Shown: positions 49,641-60,163, counted from the stretch's first letter. The stretch: DNA of 64,000 nucleotides from Truepera sp. (GCA_965218435.1 CBDCKW010000009.1:1696001-1760000), one strand, 5' to 3'. Made by a program: numbers and translations. The notes: generated from the letters alone by a model not told the origin.

Positions 49641-51836
49641 CTAATTTATGGCTCCGGTAGGTTCTTTGTCCCGGTATTTAGCGAACTGCGGATGCCTATC
49701 AAACCACCTGGCCCGAGCCGTTTTCCAGACACCTAAGTCGGTCGTCACGTCAAAGCATTCCGGCGCAGCTTCGCGCAGCTCTTTTAAGTACCAGCTTTCA
49801 CCCCCGGTATAGACGATCGTGTTTTTGTGTCCGCGGCACGCACCCCGGTCGAGGATGTCGTACTTGACTCTAGGATCTTCCGACGGATCGACCTTCCCGG
49901 CGTAGCCCGAGATTAAGAATACATTGTCTCTCAGTACGAGTCGGCAGCCTTTGGTAACTTCCTTGGTGACCTTGAAAAGTTCGTTGTGGCTGGCTGGGCC
50001 GCTGCCCCCGCGAGACCGACCATACGTCCCTTTTTGTGGTTTCAGCGCGAGCAGCGTGTTTTGCACCTTAAAGCTGTAGTTGACGTTCCTGGCATCTTTC
50101 TGCTCTTTACGGCACGATAGGCCGGTATACGCCCAGTCAATCAGTACATCGTCAACCGTGCCGTCGTTAAAGCGGTCGTTTTCCACCCCGTCATCCCCGG
50201 CGTGGCGAATATACGAGTTGCGGAACAGCCAGTTGGGATTGTTGTTCTTAAAGGTGATGCCGTCGCCGGTATGAATAATCGTCATGTTTTCGACCGTCGC
50301 CTTGGGCGTATCGTAAAAGAGCAGACCAGGCGAGCTATGGAAGGTGTCCCAATCGGTGTCGTCACTTAAGCCGTTGTCGAGAAAGCCGCCGGAGAGACAC
50401 AGTGAGCTGTTGTCTTCCGCTAAAAACGCCGACCTCGCCAGCAGTTTGGCCTCGCGAGCATCAACCCTTATGCCGACACTTTTTTTAGCGATGTAGACCC
50501 TCGAGGTATAATCTCCAGCTAACGTAAGGAGCGGGGCGTCACCCTCAAGACAAGATGCGGACACTGCCGGTGTAACGGGGGCGGGAGTAACAGGTTCAGG
50601 CGTAGGGGCGGGTAGAGGCTCAGGCGTCGGTTCCGGGGCTGGCTGAGCTTCATACGTAATACTTAGAACCGGCGCGAGCACGCGACTCTTATCCCTTGCG
50701 TACGCCGAACGCTTGGCGCTGCCGTCACCGGTGACGTAAAACGCCAGCGCGTTCCCGGAGTTCCAACCGCCACGTGAAACAACCTCTTGGACAACGCCAC
50801 TTAGGTCGGGCGTGCGCACAGCTTGGTCTCTCTTCCAGGGTTCGGGCTGCCAGGGTGCCGAAGCTGCTGTTTGAGCTCGAGCCGTAAAGCTACCGTTAAA
50901 GGGGGCGGCGGTGTCGGCCGCTTCAGCCCGTACTTGCAAGTTGACCGGCGCTGAGTCGTCAGCGATGGCGGTAAAGCTGACTGTCGCCGCTTTGATCTTG
51001 GCCCCTTGCGGGAGGCTAACGCTGGTAAAGCGTAGGGCAACCGTTTGTCCATTTTGCGAAAAGTCGAGCGCCTTGCCGGTGGTTGTCAGGCTCGAGCCCT
51101 CTTCAGCGTCGTCTTTAGGGTCGGCCAGCTTGAGCGTCAAAGTGCCGCTCGTCGCAGTGGCTATGGGACCGCCGGAGAGCGCAGGCGCAGTTGCCCGCGT
51201 GTCTCCCCCGGTATAGGTCACCACGAGTTCGGGCGCAGCGCCGTAAGGATTGCCGAAAGCCATAGCTGAACGTTCACCGGCACTGCTCGAGCCGTCTACA
51301 AAGAGCGCCAAGGCGTTGCCGGACTGCCAACCGCTCCGGCTGACGATCTCTTGGACAACAGAAGCCAGGTTAGGCGTTTGGTAAGACTTACCGACTGCCC
51401 AACTACCCGGGTTCCACGCCGACATTGCCGACGTCTTGGTACGGCGACTGAGATTATTTTTAGCGGTAGAAAAGGTGTCGGCGTTGTTGCTCGCCTCACC
51501 GTAAAGGTTTAGGCTGACAGCCTCCGCGTCGTTGATGCCTGCCTTAAACACCAGGTAGGCGTTTTCAATCTTCGCGCCCGGCGGTACCTGAAGGTTTTGA
51601 AACCTCAATCCGGTCAGCTGCAAGACGCCACCTTTAGCCCGCAGATCGAGGAGCGAACCAGTCAGCTGGACAGAACGGCCTTCTATCTCTTCAGCGTCAT
51701 CGGAGGCGCTGACGATAGACGTGCGCACGGTCGTCGGCGTCGCCAACGTTTCTAACGCCGGTTCAGGCTCGAAACCGCTGCTGCACGCGGCAAGTAAGAC
51801 CAGCGAACCCAAAAGGTAACCTCTAGCGGATTTCAT
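49641..51836 (-). CDS. Large surface lipoprotein: two tandem DDAEE beta-sandwich modules, Pro-rich linker, right-handed beta-helix
   Basis: ATG 51836 with GGAGG RBS; lipobox LAAC; two copies of DDAEE...LRF...P.GAKI..A...TPxL..VVQE.VSR.GW.SGNALA; PEPTPEP linker; DGITF and DDGVEND beta-helix-like repeats. Confidence 0.75.
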   Translation of the reverse strand: MKSARGYLLGSLVLLAACSSGFEPEPALETLATPTTVRTSIVSASDDAEEIEGRSVQLTGSLLDLRAKGGVLQLTGLRFQNLQVPPGAKIENAYLVFKAGINDAEAVSLNLYGEASNNADTFSTAKNNLSRRTKTSAMSAWNPGSWAVGKSYQTPNLASVVQEIVSRSGWQSGNALALFVDGSSSAGERSAMAFGNPYGAAPELVVTYTGGDTRATAPALSGGPIATATSGTLTLKLADPKDDAEEGSSLTTTGKALDFSQNGQTVALRFTSVSLPQGAKIKAATVSFTAIADDSAPVNLQVRAEAADTAAPFNGSFTARAQTAASAPWQPEPWKRDQAVRTPDLSGVVQEVVSRGGWNSGNALAFYVTGDGSAKRSAYARDKSRVLAPVLSITYEAQPAPEPTPEPLPAPTPEPVTPAPVTPAVSASCLEGDAPLLTLAGDYTSRVYIAKKSVGIRVDAREAKLLARSAFLAEDNSSLCLSGGFLDNGLSDDTDWDTFHSSPGLLFYDTPKATVENMTIIHTGDGITFKNNNPNWLFRNSYIRHAGDDGVENDRFNDGTVDDVLIDWAYTGLSCRKEQKDARNVNYSFKVQNTLLALKPQKGTYGRSRGGSGPASHNELFKVTKEVTKGCRLVLRDNVFLISGYAGKVDPSEDPRVKYDILDRGACRGHKNTIVYTGGESWYLKELREAAPECFDVTTDLGVWKTARARWFDRHPQFAKYRDKEPTGAIN

Positions 51837-51913
51837 TGTTCCTCCACCCCAGATGAAATTGGACCTGTATTCAGATTCAGGTCGGGTTGCATGATGTGAG
51901 GGGGAGCAGGGGC

Positions 51914-51993
51914 TCTCCTCGGCCGGTTGCGCTACTGGCTCAGACTGTTTCAAGCGCCCAAATGAGAAACAGTCGTCATCGCTTCCGAGGGGC
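51914..51993 (-). ncRNA. Cyclic di-GMP-II riboswitch
   Basis: Minus strand CCTCGG-AAGC-GATGAC-GACTGTTTC-TCATTTG-GGCGCT-T-GAAACAGTC-TGAGCC-AGT-AGCGC-AACCGG-CCGAGG. It has a P1 stem, a kink-turn-like element, a 9-bp stem and a GCGCT/AGCGC pseudoknot, matching the class II architecture. Confidence 0.9.
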
Positions 51994-52300
51994 GGGGTAA
52001 CCCTTCGGTAAGGTTGAGAATACGGCAGAAATTCTTACAAGTTTCTTACAATCAGTGAGGCTCCGCGCGGCCCTAACACAGTATAAAGAGCAGCAAAGAG
52101 CGCAGCTGTTCGTTTTACTTTCCCCCAGTGAAGGCTAGACGAGCAGTCGCTTTTTGAACACAACCGCCGTTCAGCACACATCTTTACAAGGTAAGACCAA
52201 AACCTGCAGGCGTTTTATCCGCAGGGCAGGGCACGGAGGTAAGTACCTGTAGCCCGAAGCTTCTTGACTTTCCCTTACAGGTAACTGCTAAGGTGCGGTC

Positions 52301-53686
52301 ATGACAAAAATAAAGTTTTTTTGCCTGTTGATCGCCATCTCGGTAGGGAGCGCGGCCGGCGCACAAGAACTGGCAGGACGCTGGCACGGAGAGCTCGAGC
52401 TGCCCGGAACACCCCTTGCCATCGGCCTGACCTTTTCGCAAACACCGGGGGGTTTAGGCGGCACGATAGACATTCCGGCGCAGGGCGTGAGCGAGTTACC
52501 GCTGACCAACCTCACGAAAAAAGGCCGTTCGGTCACGTTCGGCTTGCAGGGCGTCTCCGGTAGTCCCCGCTTTGACGGTCAGCTTTCAGGCTCAGGAGAT
52601 AACGCCAAACTCGCCGGTACGTTTTCGCAGAGCGGTCAGTCGTTCCCTTTTACGCTCTCCTCCGGCCCTTTGCAAAGCGCCACGCGGCCCCAAGAACCTA
52701 CACCACCATTTCCTTACCGGAGTGAAGAAGTTACGCTCAAACATGACGGGGTTACGCTTGCCGGAACGCTTACGCTGCCCGAGGGAAACGGGCCTTTTAC
52801 CGCCGTGCAGCTGATTACCGGCAGCGGCCCGCAAGACCGCGACGAAACCATCGCCGGACATAAACCCTTTTTACTCTTAGCCGATACGCTGACCCGGGCG
52901 GGGTACGCCGTTCTCCGCTTTGACGACCGTGGTGTCGGGGGCTCGAGCCCCGGTAGCCGTGCGCCGACCTACCATGACCTGACCGGAGACGTTTTAGCGG
53001 GCGTCACCTATCTTAAAAACCGGGCTGACATCAACCACATCGGGCTGTTAGGGCACTCTGAAGGGGGCTACCTCGCACCTTTAGCGGCGGCGCGTTCGCG
53101 CGACGTGGCGTTTGTTATGTTGATGGCAGGCCCGGCCGTTTCCGGTGAAGCCGTACTCATCTTGCAAAACCGGCTGATCGGTGAGAGTGTAGGACAGTCC
53201 CAGGCACAGATTGGGGCACAGGTCAGCTATCTTCGGGAGCTTACCGGACTGCTCAAAGGAAAAGATTACGCGGCGGCCAAAGCTCTATCGCGTAAGCGTG
53301 TCAGAGTACAGGTTAACGACTTGCCTAAAGCGCAGCGCCCCAGTCCCGCTGTCCAAAAACAGACGATACAAGCCTACCTTGCTTCTCTACCCAGTCTACG
53401 CGAGTTTCTCATTTATGACCCGAAAGCCGCGTTAGAGGCGCTTCACGTGCCCGTTTTCGCCTTTTACGGCGGTAAAGATATTCAGGTTCCCGCAAGTCAA
53501 AACGCCCCAGTGATGCGTAAGCTGCTCAAAAACGACCCCGACGCAACGGTGCGGGTGTTTCCGGGTCTCAACCATCTGCTGCAACCCGCACCAACGGGTG
53601 CGCTAGACGAATACGCTCAGATCAAAACGACTATTGCGCCCGTAGTGCTAAAGGCGCTTACAGGGTGGTTAGGGGCGCGTTTTTAG
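52301..53686 (+). CDS. Secreted alpha/beta hydrolase with N-terminal beta domain
   Basis: Signal peptide, GSGPQDRDE, DDRGVG, GHSEGG, DIQV and LNH. Confidence 0.88.
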   Translation: MTKIKFFCLLIAISVGSAAGAQELAGRWHGELELPGTPLAIGLTFSQTPGGLGGTIDIPAQGVSELPLTNLTKKGRSVTFGLQGVSGSPRFDGQLSGSGDNAKLAGTFSQSGQSFPFTLSSGPLQSATRPQEPTPPFPYRSEEVTLKHDGVTLAGTLTLPEGNGPFTAVQLITGSGPQDRDETIAGHKPFLLLADTLTRAGYAVLRFDDRGVGGSSPGSRAPTYHDLTGDVLAGVTYLKNRADINHIGLLGHSEGGYLAPLAAARSRDVAFVMLMAGPAVSGEAVLILQNRLIGESVGQSQAQIGAQVSYLRELTGLLKGKDYAAAKALSRKRVRVQVNDLPKAQRPSPAVQKQTIQAYLASLPSLREFLIYDPKAALEALHVPVFAFYGGKDIQVPASQNAPVMRKLLKNDPDATVRVFPGLNHLLQPAPTGALDEYAQIKTTIAPVVLKALTGWLGARF

Positions 53687-53866
53687 CTCTTTACCCTTGA
53701 GCTGTCTTTTTAGCGTCGCGTAGAAGAGCGCATAGCTAGCACCCTTTTGCTCAACACAGCGTTGAAGGATAACGTGACAGTCTAGAATTCGGCAGCGTAG
53801 TCCCAGCAAAAAGCTCAGAGGCGGTAAGAACGCGTGAACTATAAAACAGCAAAGCCGACCCACTGG

Positions 53867-54478
53867 TTATTTGTAAACGCGGCGTTGCCGGAGCCTTCTT
53901 AAGAACCAGCCGAGAGCGGCTAAAAGTGCAAAACCTGCGACCCAGAGCGTTGCTATACCTAAGTAGCGGCTAACCAGCTGATAGTTTTGCTGTAAGACGA
54001 AACCCAATAAGACCAGCAGCGACGTCCACGCCACTGTTCCGAACAGTGAAAAGGCCAAGAATATGGTGACCGGCATCCGGCTCAGGCCCGCAGGCAGCGG
54101 AATTAACATCCGGAGCCCCGGCACCAAACGGCCGAAAAAGACCGCCCAACGGCCGTAACGGTCAAACCAGTGGTCGGCGCGTCTGATGTCGGTGCTCGAG
54201 AGCAGCAGCCAGCGCCCGTAACGGTCGGTCCATAAAAAGAGCTTTTCTTCGCCGACCCAGTAACCGAGCGCGTAGTAAGGCAGTTGTCCCAAAAGTGCCC
54301 CGAACGACCCCGCTAAAACAACCCCGACGAATGAGAGGTTGCCCTGCGCGGCGGCAAACCCGGCGAGCGGCATAATCAGTTCTGAGGGCAGCGGCGGGCA
54401 GATGTTTTCAGCAAACATCAGGAGCATAATGCCCGGATAACCTATCGCAGTGGTGGTGGTGTAAAGCCACTCGAGCAT
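53867..54478 (-). CDS. DedA family protein
   Basis: ENICPPLPSE and FGRLVPGLR. Confidence 0.92.
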   Translation of the reverse strand: MLEWLYTTTTAIGYPGIMLLMFAENICPPLPSELIMPLAGFAAAQGNLSFVGVVLAGSFGALLGQLPYYALGYWVGEEKLFLWTDRYGRWLLLSSTDIRRADHWFDRYGRWAVFFGRLVPGLRMLIPLPAGLSRMPVTIFLAFSLFGTVAWTSLLVLLGFVLQQNYQLVSRYLGIATLWVAGFALLAALGWFLRRLRQRRVYK

Positions 54479-54718
54479 CTCGTCACTTTACCTGAGCTGG
54501 GCGCAGGCGTGCTGCGCCTTTAAGACACATTAAGTTGTGGGAGCGCAAACCTAAATTCATCATAAGTGGTTTAGATCGCACAGCCGCAAAGGTTTATGGC
54601 TAGCACCCTGTGTGTCAGACAGGCGTTTGTAGTTACGCAGATGAGCCGGACGCGTAAACTAAAACGCACCCGGCTCGTTTAACGCCTTGGTTAAGTCTGT
54701 TTAGATTTGAACTGACGG

Positions 54719-55918
54719 CTAATGGACCTCTTGCAGCACCGCGGCGCGGTAGACGGCGTTGGGCGTCGGGTCGGGGGTCATCGCCCGGTAGATCGGGATA
54801 GCCGCCGCGCCGAGCGCCGCCGCGTCTTCGCCGGTGCTGCCGCGCAGCAGCTGCGGCGCGTAGGGTTTGGCCGGGTGGCGGTAAGCGGGGAGGCGCGCAC
54901 CGACTTTAGCAAGGAGCGCGTCGGTGAGGTTGACCGGTAACCTGCCACCAAAAATAATCGCTTTAGGGTCGAGCAGATATTCGGTGTACACGAGCGCGGG
55001 AGCGAGCGCGTCGGCGGCACGCTCGAGCCACACCGTGACCGCTTGGTTGCCTTCGCCGTAAAGCCTGCCCAAGTCCGTAACGCTGAGGGACTCGCCCCTA
55101 GGCTCAGCCTGGGCGAGTTGCTTGAGCAGTTCGCCGGGTGCCGCGTAAAAACTCAGGTCGTGAGCCTGATCTTTGGCGCTCGTTACCGGCAGCAGGCCAA
55201 ACTCACCGCTGAAACCGCCGTAACCGAGGTAAGGTTGACCGTCTAAAATAACGCCGCCCCCGATACCATAGGCGAAAAACACCAAGAAAAAGTCTTTGAG
55301 GTCGCGTCCGACCCCGTACCACCGTTCACCGATGGCGGCGGCGGTCGCGTTGTTCTCTAGGAGAACCGGACACCCGAACTGCGCACCCAAGGTCGCGGCG
55401 ACCGACACGTCTTGCCAGTCGCTGAGGTCATCCGCTAAGGTTGACGTTATTTTGCCGCTGTAGAGCGGTATGGGCATCCCGACCCCGATTCCTAGAAGTA
55501 GCCGTTTAGGAACGTCTTGGTCGCTAAGGAGCGTTTCCGTCGTACGCGTCATCAGCGGCAGAACGTGCGCGGGACTAGAACTGTCTAGCGGGGTATGGCG
55601 GCGTGCGAGCACCTCACCTGAAAGGTCAACGAGAACCGCCGAGAGCTGGTCACGGTCGAAGTTAAGACCGATTGAAAAGGCACTTTTGGGGTTGACCTCG
55701 AGTTCGGTCGGCGGTTTGCCCATGCCGCCGCGCCGTTGCCGCTTTTCAGCTACGAGGTCCCGTTCGATCAGCTCACCGATAATCCGCGACACCGACGGGA
55801 AGGTCAGGCCGGACAAACGCACGATGTCAGCTCTGGAAATAGGTCCTCTGGTACGGACGAGCTCGAGTATGGTGCGCTGGTTGTGAGAGGGCATATAAGG
55901 GCGGTTAGGATAAACCAT
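54719..55918 (-). CDS. ROK family transcriptional repressor
   Basis: N-terminal HTH ISRADIVRLSGLTFPSVSRII, ENNATAAAIGE and GEFG. Confidence 0.9.
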   Translation of the reverse strand: MVYPNRPYMPSHNQRTILELVRTRGPISRADIVRLSGLTFPSVSRIIGELIERDLVAEKRQRRGGMGKPPTELEVNPKSAFSIGLNFDRDQLSAVLVDLSGEVLARRHTPLDSSSPAHVLPLMTRTTETLLSDQDVPKRLLLGIGVGMPIPLYSGKITSTLADDLSDWQDVSVAATLGAQFGCPVLLENNATAAAIGERWYGVGRDLKDFFLVFFAYGIGGGVILDGQPYLGYGGFSGEFGLLPVTSAKDQAHDLSFYAAPGELLKQLAQAEPRGESLSVTDLGRLYGEGNQAVTVWLERAADALAPALVYTEYLLDPKAIIFGGRLPVNLTDALLAKVGARLPAYRHPAKPYAPQLLRGSTGEDAAALGAAAIPIYRAMTPDPTPNAVYRAAVLQEVH

Positions 55919-56325
55919 AATTTCCTTTCAGCGAGGTTGCGAAATAAGGTACAACGACACACAGGTATAGCAAGAGAGTACTATGTACGTCAAGCAAAGT
56001 AAATGAGGACAAATGCCCTGGCACCGGGTTATGTTGTTTATTTATGTTGACTTTACCCAAGCTCACCACACAACTTAGACTAGACAGAAAGAAACCGCAT
56101 CTATAGACTAACCTCAAGGCTGTCATCACGCCGAGAGAACGCGGGCAACAGCGGCGCATTTTCTCAACCGTTAAACCTACCTGCCGAAGGTTCCCACTAC
56201 GCCTTTACTGGCCCACAGCTGAGGAACAAGAGTTACCGCAAAACTAAGGAATATACCGGTTTATTTCATAAATTTTTCATGTTGATAGGGCTTTCGGGCT
56301 GAGCAAGTATACTTTAGAAAGCACG

Positions 56326-57387
56326 ATGTTTTCTTCTCCCGACAGACCCACTCGCAAAGCCCGTTGGCCCGGAACCGCGCTGCTGTGGGGCACACTCGTG
56401 CTCGCCGGTATGGGCGCAGGGCTCGAGTTCGCCCGTGCGGGCATAAGCGGAATCGGCCTCATCCTCTCATGTGTCGCCGTTTTCAACCTCACCGCCCTCC
56501 TCAGTACTCACAGCTGGCGGCAACCCCTTAGGGCCGTAGCCCCGTACTTGTACCTTACCCTTTTGCTGGTGGGTTGGTTATACGCCTTTTATTTTGGCCG
56601 TTCGTCCGGGCTGGCGCAGCAGCTTATCCTTACGACGGTCCTGCTGTTACCGGTCCTTTACGCCCAGTTTTTCGACCGTCTGCCGGGGCCACAAGCCCTT
56701 TTGCAGGCTGGCACCGTCTTGCTCTCTTTTGCGCTCCTCAGCTTGCCCCACGCGCTTACGACCATAGCCGGTCCAGCTCTTTTTGACGGGCTCGGCTTTT
56801 TAGGTTTGTTTACGGTAGCTAATATTTTGCTCTTGACTTTTATCAGTGCGCCGCTGTGGACAGACGGCGAACTCGCCCATCTGCGCCGCGACGCCGCTTG
56901 GTTTCAGCGGCTGGCTCACCACGACTTTTTAACCGACCTACCTAACCGGCGGCAGCTCGAGCAGGTGCTAGGGGTCAGCCTCGCGCAATCGTCCCGTAGC
57001 GGAGTACCTTGCGCCGCACTGGTGATTGACATCGACCATTTCAAACGCCTTAACGACAGATTTGGTCACCCGGTCGGCGATAAGGTCCTCCGCGAAATCT
57101 CACGTCGCTTGCAAAACGAACTGCGGGCGGGCAGCACTTTGGGCCGCTGGGGGGGCGAAGAGTTTGTGGTCGTCGCGCCGCAAACCGAGCGCCACGAAGC
57201 GCAGCAGCTCGGGGAGCGGCTGCTCTACGCTGTTCGCGCCGATCCTATCGCCGGTGAGCACCTCGTCACCGTCTCCATCGGGATTACGAGTTACCGCCCC
57301 GGTGATACCCCGGAAACGCTGATCGCCCGCGCCGACCGCGCGCTTTACCGGGCCAAACAAGCCGGCCGCGATAGGCTCGCAGCGTAA
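56326..57387 (+). CDS. Membrane-bound diguanylate cyclase
   Basis: Several TM helices, DFLTDLPNRR, DIDHFKRLND, RWGGEEF and ADRALYRAK. Confidence 0.92.
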   Translation: MFSSPDRPTRKARWPGTALLWGTLVLAGMGAGLEFARAGISGIGLILSCVAVFNLTALLSTHSWRQPLRAVAPYLYLTLLLVGWLYAFYFGRSSGLAQQLILTTVLLLPVLYAQFFDRLPGPQALLQAGTVLLSFALLSLPHALTTIAGPALFDGLGFLGLFTVANILLLTFISAPLWTDGELAHLRRDAAWFQRLAHHDFLTDLPNRRQLEQVLGVSLAQSSRSGVPCAALVIDIDHFKRLNDRFGHPVGDKVLREISRRLQNELRAGSTLGRWGGEEFVVVAPQTERHEAQQLGERLLYAVRADPIAGEHLVTVSIGITSYRPGDTPETLIARADRALYRAKQAGRDRLAA

Positions 57388-57488
57388 CGGGTTTTGTGTA
57401 TACTTACCTAGTACTCAAGCATGACCGGGGGGTTTAATGTGAGTGACGCCAACCGAAAAAACATGTTCAGCCACCGAAAGAACGCCTG

Positions 57489-59936
57489 ATGGTGTGGACG
57501 CAGAGACTCCTCACAAAACTTCACGCCCATCCCGGTCCTATCTTGCTCGAAGGGGGTGAGGCTTTTGGCGCACCCTTTTTGATCGAAGCCCTCAGCCACG
57601 CCCAAAGAGTCGCTTGGTTGCAGCTGACGCCCACTGAAGCGAGTGACTCGGTAGCTATCGGAAACCGCCTTGCAGACGCTGTAAACGCGGCGTTGGAGGC
57701 GAACTTTTTACCCCACGCCTTGCCTTTTAGCTACAGCATCGAGGTGTTGAGAAAACGCCTCCCGCTCCTCGGCAGTTTAACGATTGTCTGCTCAAACGCC
57801 GACTACACACCGCTCTTTCGTGACTCTTTACTCGAGCTCTCCGAAGTCGGCGCGAAAATTATTTTAATTACCAGTGGTACGACCCCTTCGTTTACAGGGC
57901 TGCATCTCCGGCAAGAAGACCTCGCCCTCACCCCGGAAGAGGCCGAACTTTTAGCGGGCCATTTTCTTAGCGAAGCCGAGCAGCGCACCCTACGGCTTTC
58001 ATCGGGAGGTGCCTATTTAACCTTTATGTGCAGCGTCTGCCGGTTGCGGGGAATGGCGCTGCCGCACGTTCCTTCACCAAGGGGGGCGCTCACCGCGCCG
58101 GGCGACGAAACGCTGGTGTCACCGGTGGTGCTGCTCGAGGTACTGCAAAAGCTCGGACGCTACGTCGAGGCGCTCGAGCTCGCCGTAATGAGCGTGCCTG
58201 AGCGGGTCGCTGAACTTATCGAAGAGGCGGGACCGGCGTATCAAGAGCGGGGACTACTTGCGCGTCTACACCTCCTTTTAGAAAGCTTAGACGATCCCTA
58301 CCAGAAAGCTGAAAAGGTGCTCGAGTGGCGGTTAGTTGCAGGCTTTGATCAATCAGATTACCGTCACATCATTGCTGTTATTAAAGCTCACTTAGAAGCT
58401 AACGAAGCGCCGGAATTACGTGCTCGTTACGCGGGTGTTTTTCCAAACTCAGAAGAAAGCTTCGTTCAAGCACAGCGTGCGGCAGCAGCAATGACAACGC
58501 CACTTACTCTATATCAGCTCGGTCGGTTGCACCGGAATGCAAAAATAGGTGTAACGATCTTACATCAGAGTGTCAAGCTTGCTGAGTCACTTGGACGGCA
58601 CTACGATGTCACCCGTAATGCAAGAGCATTGGCTGAAAGCCTTAACTATCTCGGTAGATTTCATGAAGCCGCTAACTGGAGTAACTGGGCATTACAAACC
58701 TTTACAAAAAAAGGATTACAGGACGGTACTGCGCGGCTACGCCTTCTTTATATCTACGCAACAGCCCATACCATTGTAGACCGTACTAACGGTTTGCAGC
58801 TTCTTCTCTTGGAAGCGAAAGATGCTGCTGACTCTGCGGAACTCGGTATAGCTACTGACATCCGGACTACGCTGGCAAATCTCGAGCTTGTACTAGGTAA
58901 CCTTAACGAGGCAGAAACTCTGGCCGCTGAAAACTTTGCACAGAGCCCACGCTGGCGACTTGGGGACTCTGCCGTACCACTTGTACGGATTTTACTCGAG
59001 CAAGGAAAATTTGATGAAGCCCTCGCCAAAGCTCAGTACGCTGTAACCTTGACCGACGGTGAGGATGATTTCGTTACACTCCCAGCATCTTTGGCACTCG
59101 GTATGGTTTATGCAGCGCAAGACCCCAAAGCGGCTCGAGAACATCTGCTTAAGGTACTCGAGGCACCCGACATCGAAGCGTCTTTCCGAGTGACGGCAGC
59201 CCTGCACCTGCTCAAAATTGGGGTACTCCGTTTCAGTGAGCTTGACGCGACTTTGCAAGAGATTTTGAAAGAGCTCTCACCGACCGGTTTTCGGCTTTTC
59301 TGCGGTCCCGAAGACGACTTTATCGGTGTCTGGAACATGCTCTCAGCTCAGCATACGCCTTTAAGGATCAAGGTTTTGGGCAAAGCAGAAGTGTGGCTAA
59401 ACGACAAACGTCTCTCGCTTAGCGCACGCGCTTTAGAAACACTCGTGCTGCTCGCGCTGCACCCCGAAGGTCTGATCCCCGAAGTGCTGCACAGCTACCT
59501 TTATGACAACGAAGACACAACGCTCGTGGCACTGCGCTCAGCCGTTTCCCGCTTGCGTGTACTCGTGCCCATCAGTGCTCACCCCGAGCCGTACCGCATC
59601 ACCGTGCCGTTTACCTTTGATGCAAACGACTGCGAGGCCGCGATTGTAGCCGGAGATATAAGAGCAGCCCTCGAGCTCTACCGCGGACCACTCCTGGAGA
59701 AAAGCGACGCACCCGGTATCCGTGAGGCGCGGCTTTACCTCGAGGAAAGGCTACGGCAAAGTACACTCCACTCCGGCGACGCCGAGGCGCTGCTACCGCT
59801 AGCAGAAACGCTTAGAGACGACCTCGAGCTGTGGCAAGCAACGCACGCGGCGCTCCCTAGCAGCGACGTTCGGCTGCCCCTTGTAAGGGCGCAGCTCCAC
59901 AGGGTAACCCAAGAACTGCGCCCAACCTATAATTAA
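57489..59936 (+). CDS. Large transcriptional activator: degenerate MalT-like STAND N-terminus, TPR-like helical sensor, C-terminal wHTH-BTAD
   Basis: ILLEGGEAFGAP (degenerate P-loop), VAWLQL, EDLALTPEEA; TPR-like LAESLNYLGRFHEA, LGNLNEA, QGKFDEA; LRIKVLG...LVLLALHPEG...LRSAVSRLR...ALELYRGPLL. Confidence 0.8.
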   Translation: MVWTQRLLTKLHAHPGPILLEGGEAFGAPFLIEALSHAQRVAWLQLTPTEASDSVAIGNRLADAVNAALEANFLPHALPFSYSIEVLRKRLPLLGSLTIVCSNADYTPLFRDSLLELSEVGAKIILITSGTTPSFTGLHLRQEDLALTPEEAELLAGHFLSEAEQRTLRLSSGGAYLTFMCSVCRLRGMALPHVPSPRGALTAPGDETLVSPVVLLEVLQKLGRYVEALELAVMSVPERVAELIEEAGPAYQERGLLARLHLLLESLDDPYQKAEKVLEWRLVAGFDQSDYRHIIAVIKAHLEANEAPELRARYAGVFPNSEESFVQAQRAAAAMTTPLTLYQLGRLHRNAKIGVTILHQSVKLAESLGRHYDVTRNARALAESLNYLGRFHEAANWSNWALQTFTKKGLQDGTARLRLLYIYATAHTIVDRTNGLQLLLLEAKDAADSAELGIATDIRTTLANLELVLGNLNEAETLAAENFAQSPRWRLGDSAVPLVRILLEQGKFDEALAKAQYAVTLTDGEDDFVTLPASLALGMVYAAQDPKAAREHLLKVLEAPDIEASFRVTAALHLLKIGVLRFSELDATLQEILKELSPTGFRLFCGPEDDFIGVWNMLSAQHTPLRIKVLGKAEVWLNDKRLSLSARALETLVLLALHPEGLIPEVLHSYLYDNEDTTLVALRSAVSRLRVLVPISAHPEPYRITVPFTFDANDCEAAIVAGDIRAALELYRGPLLEKSDAPGIREARLYLEERLRQSTLHSGDAEALLPLAETLRDDLELWQATHAALPSSDVRLPLVRAQLHRVTQELRPTYN

Positions 59937-59977
59937 CCGACTCACCAATTAGTGCGGCCCAGCTTGCGAGTAAAGTC

Positions 59978-60163
59978 TTATGACGCCCGTAGTGATTGTG
60001 CCTGAGCGTACTCGCGTGGCGAAGATGGCCCGGCCGAACTTACCGCTTCATGCGCGTACACGGCTTCAATCAACTCAACTTCACGTAAAGCGACAAGCTC
60101 ACCGACACAGCTAAAGCGCCCGGTTTCAGCCAGGGCTTTTTTGGCTTCATCTCTAGTCATCAT
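59978..60163 (-). CDS. Small hypothetical protein (61 aa, MMTRDEAKKALAETGRF...)
   Basis: Strong AAGGAGGA RBS directly upstream of ATG 60163. Confidence 0.55.
   Translation of the reverse strand: MMTRDEAKKALAETGRFSCVGELVALREVELIEAVYAHEAVSSAGPSSPREYAQAQSLRAS

Noticed and set aside
51837..51953. N-terminal extension of the 770-aa ORF
   Set aside because: It overlaps the riboswitch; the RBS and lipoprotein signal point to ATG 51836.
57421..57489. 22-codon uORF overlapping the regulator start (TGATG)
   Set aside because: No clear RBS or well-spaced -10; may be chance.
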